Shown here piece after piece: positions 60,527-64,000 of a stretch of DNA of 64,000 nt. The first letter of the stretch is position 1, and every line of letters starts with the position of its first letter. The notes beneath the pieces are model-generated. The model was not told the origin of the DNA. It made no database searches and saw only the letters and a list, made by a program, of their open reading frames with translations. The stretch lies in NCBI GenBank assembly GCA_010093815.1, contig ML996568.1, one strand, 5' to 3'. The position numbers and the translations under genes are program-made. This DNA comes from Pseudovirgaria hyperparasitica. Its lineage: Eukaryota.

Positions 60527-62497
60527 GTCAATTCTACCATCATCTTTTGATAAATTCCTGACGATGACGCAGCAACACGCCGTTGACCAGCTATTATGCT
60601 CCTGAGATCACGCAGGCGCCCCCCGAATTCTATTAGATAATCCCTTCTCGGGATTATTCTTGTAAGCATGTTCGGTCGGCCAAGAGTCTGCTTTTCTGCA
60701 CTTTAGATGTCTGGTATTATTAGTTCTTTGATGGTCTCTGGCCTGCATGGGTAGTTCTGGCGCTCGTACATTTTTATGCTTTCGCTGTATGGCTCTTTTC
60801 GGTATATAGACCCTTCTCTTTATTTTCTTGGCCTTCCCGGAGTACCCCGTCAGATCGCATTTTCTGCGACCTATCGCGTCTTATTCATCTTTTCCCGTGA
60901 AGCATGCCAATGCTATGAACTTGTGTTTTCTTCTTCCATCATTCTTTCAACATCTTCCGTATATAACAACATTGTACGGCGGTGTCAAGTGTCATTATAT
61001 CAAGCATTCTTCCCTATTTGTGCATGTGTTCTGGTGGCTCAACAGTGCTCCTCATCCTGACCCATCAAAATGCTAGCCGCTTTCATTTGATTGGCAGATC
61101 CGATGCCACTGTGATATCCTTCTCTTCTCTGTGCCTCCTCTATTTCGGTACTCCTGACAGCCACTCTCACTCTTACGGTACTTTCGAATGCAACTTCGTG
61201 TATGCTCAGCAGACGGTCTGGAAATATTCTGGCTTGCGATCCTGGTCGAAACTGGGAGCTGTCAGAGAGAGTCAGAACCTTCCACTCAGAAGGGTTTCTA
61301 GGGCCAGGGTATGGTCACTGTCGGATGGAGAACAGTCGCGCTATTGCCCATCTCTCTCCACTCCTAGTAGTGCTCGTCATCTTCTCGGGTGTTGCGTTGC
61401 TACGGCTTGTATCTCCTTTCTGGTCCTTCCATGAAACCTTTTGTTTGGAAGAGGACGTCCTAGAGTATGAGATAACTCGTAGAGATGATGAACTTCCGTG
61501 GCATATGTCTCATATAACTGCTCAGGAGGGAGGGGGAGTGTAAGTTGGGTTTCACAGGACCGTAGACCATAGTGCTGGATGTCGTCTAATTCATGTTTAA
61601 CTGTGAATACGCGCAGTGTTCAAAGTGAAGGGACTTGACTATTTCACGTTGTGGTGAGGATGGATGGATATATTTCCTCCCAAGACGACTTGCCATACGT
61701 TGGTGAGCAATAAGACATTTCAAAGTTACGTTGGGCGCATATGATCCGACAAGCCCTGACCTGTGACTTTAGATCTTCTGTCTTTTGCCTGATAAGCCTT
61801 TGGACTTTCATGTCTCGTTTTTCTTGACTTTTGATCCATGGTTTCCTCCATGTCTGGTTAATCAGTTCCAGAGAGAAGCTTCGACAATGCTTGGTGATTC
61901 AGCGTTGCGTCTAAGCGAGACATATCACAGCACAGAGTTGGCACATCTGCTGGATCGTAGTCATTCACTCGTGACTAATGAAGCACCGGGCTATCGCATG
62001 CCTCAGATGATCGTAGCTAGACGAGCGGATAGCCGGATATAAGACTCTCCCGTTGGACCTCATATGACGTTCCTGTTAGTCACACAGTAGTTTTATATTC
62101 ACAATGAGTGTATGTGATAGCACAGTGAAGGTCAATCAAGGGATATCGGCTCCATTCTGCATGGGTCATCATGATAGGGGGTCATACTGCAAACAGGGGG
62201 CTTGCTTTCGATTGTTCACTTCCGGTTCTCCTGTCAAAGGACAATCTTCTGTCTTCCATATCTCTTCCCGAGATTTCTTGCTTCTACACAACTCTCGATT
62301 ACGCATCTCCCAAGCATACAAAGAGCATTGATTCTCCTCTAAACCGCAGCTTTTCCAAATTCAGAGGCTCTCAGACAACTTGACACTGTCTACCAATCTG
62401 TAAGAAACACAGTTCCCCCACGTTACCTACCCGAGATCTAACGTTCTCAAGTCCACTCATCACACATCTACATCGTAGCCACAAAAATCAGCATACC

Positions 62498-63346
62498 ATG
62501 TCCGATTCCACCCCAACCAAGAAGTCCTCAACCACCTCCTTCTTCACAAACGCATCCTCAGAATTCACCGCCACCCCGCTGAAAACCCAGCCCTCCAGCA
62601 GACCGACAAAGAAGCACCCCTCCAATCCCTCCATCTCAACAGACAGCTCCAGCAACTGGGACGGCGAGCGATTCTCCCTCCACGCCCCCGACGGCGGCCC
62701 ACCCCAACACCCACCCACCAGCCAACCCCCTCTCCCCCAAACCCACACCACAGAAACCATCCTCACCCCCTGCTCCTCCTCCCTCCCCAAAACCACCACC
62801 ATGTGCCCAAACACCCGCAAACCCCCCATCTTCTGCTGCCCCGCCCTCACCCTCCACCGCTCCGACCCAGACACCACCCTCAACAAACCCCTCCTCTCCC
62901 CCGACGCCTCCTCCTTCCTCGCCCACGCAGGCGCACACCTCGTCCCAGACCGCGTCCCGCGCAGCACCGGCCTCATCATCCAGCGCAACGCCCACTCCGT
63001 CAAGCCGCTGCTGGCCAGCGAATCGAAGCGACGACCGGTGGAATCGCCGGGCGCGCCGCAGCGCTTCGTCAAGGAAGCTGTGGGCGCGGCGGCAGGGCGG
63101 TGGGTGGAGGTGACGCAGGTAGAGTGGGCCGGGCTGGGGATGGAGATGCTGGGGACGACGGCGGAGGTGCAGTGTGAGGCGCATCAGGAGGCGTGGGAGT
63201 TGACGGTGTTTGGGCGGCCTGGGGAGGAGGAAGGGGTTGGTGGTGTGGGGGTGAGTAGTCGGTCGAGTTCGGAGGAGTCGAGTGAGATTGATCCGGATGA
63301 GGTGGTGGATACGAGTTATTTGACGAGGAGGCCGGTGGGTGGGTAG
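62498..63346 (+). CDS. Hypothetical protein (282 aa), Ser/Thr/Pro-rich N-terminus and acidic C-terminus
   Basis: Long ATG-initiated ORF in ACCATG context after a pyrimidine-rich leader; no family recognised. Confidence 0.65.
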   Translation: MSDSTPTKKSSTTSFFTNASSEFTATPLKTQPSSRPTKKHPSNPSISTDSSSNWDGERFSLHAPDGGPPQHPPTSQPPLPQTHTTETILTPCSSSLPKTTTMCPNTRKPPIFCCPALTLHRSDPDTTLNKPLLSPDASSFLAHAGAHLVPDRVPRSTGLIIQRNAHSVKPLLASESKRRPVESPGAPQRFVKEAVGAAAGRWVEVTQVEWAGLGMEMLGTTAEVQCEAHQEAWELTVFGRPGEEEGVGGVGVSSRSSSEESSEIDPDEVVDTSYLTRRPVGG

Positions 63347-64000
63347 GTAGGGGGTTTGGCTAGTGGGTGAGAGGGGGGGTGGTGGTGCGGTGTTGTTTGG
63401 GGGATGAAGAGGTCTGGGGAGGGGGAGAGGGTTTGTTGTTTGTATATTAGATAGAGAGTCTGTTCAATGAGAGGTCATGAGGTGTCATTTCTAGCGATAG
63501 CCGGTGGAGCTTCCTTTGGTTCTACTGCGCTGTGATTATCGTGCTGTCTGTGAATGTAGCATGGAGAAGTCTGTAATGTTGCTATATATAGTATAGTATT
63601 CATAGCTATGACAGGAGAAACTGCTATATCTAGTCTATTGTAAAGGACTCGTATGTTGTATAAGCCTTAGCAGTCTTGATAAGCTATAATCTCTAAGCAA
63701 AAAATTATAACGTATCATCACCTATACCATCTGGTTTGTAATACTATATCCCTCTACCTTTGTCGAAGAAACACCTGGTGCACCTAGGCCAAATCGGGAC
63801 GTATTCCAGTAACAAGGTAATTCATTGATCCAATCAATTGCACGTACGTTAGCTGTCGTTCTTGATCGACAATATCTTCTAATTGCAACGGGAATAGGTT
63901 CGCGTCGACGGGAGTCTTCCAGCCATTATAGTCTTACATTCCGAACCTGCGAAGAACCTTTAAAGCATGTCCTTTTTGGGAGAGTTGAATTTGCCCTTCT

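Noticed and set aside
62488..63184. Antisense and alternate-frame ORFs over the last gene, and similar ones over other genes
   Set aside because: Shadow ORFs caused by biased composition; no recognisable motifs.

Overview
Eukaryotic, intron-rich genomic DNA from a filamentous ascomycete (Pezizomycotina; inferred from short GT-AG introns with CTRAY branch points and the gene set). No CRISPR array, rRNA or tRNA could be supported. The window has two parts. The first is a yap1-type bZIP gene (0.6-3.0 kb) followed by a ~19 kb gene-poor, decayed block (3.0-22.4 kb). That block holds a Clr5-domain gene, a small RS-rich gene, a frameshifted/TAG-interrupted GHKL-ATPase-like pseudogene with an internal tandem-repeat insertion, a 5'-truncated Dal5-type MFS transporter and AT-rich patches. 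The second is a dense, mostly housekeeping block (22.4-63.4 kb): Fmp52-like, FAD oxidoreductase, ZNFX1-type helicase with CCCH fingers and RZ finger, capping protein alpha, Lsb5, LAMTOR2-like, glyoxalase I, type I PHGDH, DUF4185-like, alpha/beta hydrolase, GH18 ENGase-UBA fusion, Cdk1, AlkB-like, a C2H2 protein and several hypotheticals. The best leads are the cytosolic ENGase fused to a UBA domain, the long structured intron inside the Yap1 redox domain together with an AUG-containing leader intron, the GHKL relic and the ZNFX1 architecture. All family calls are motif recognition by eye, not database results.
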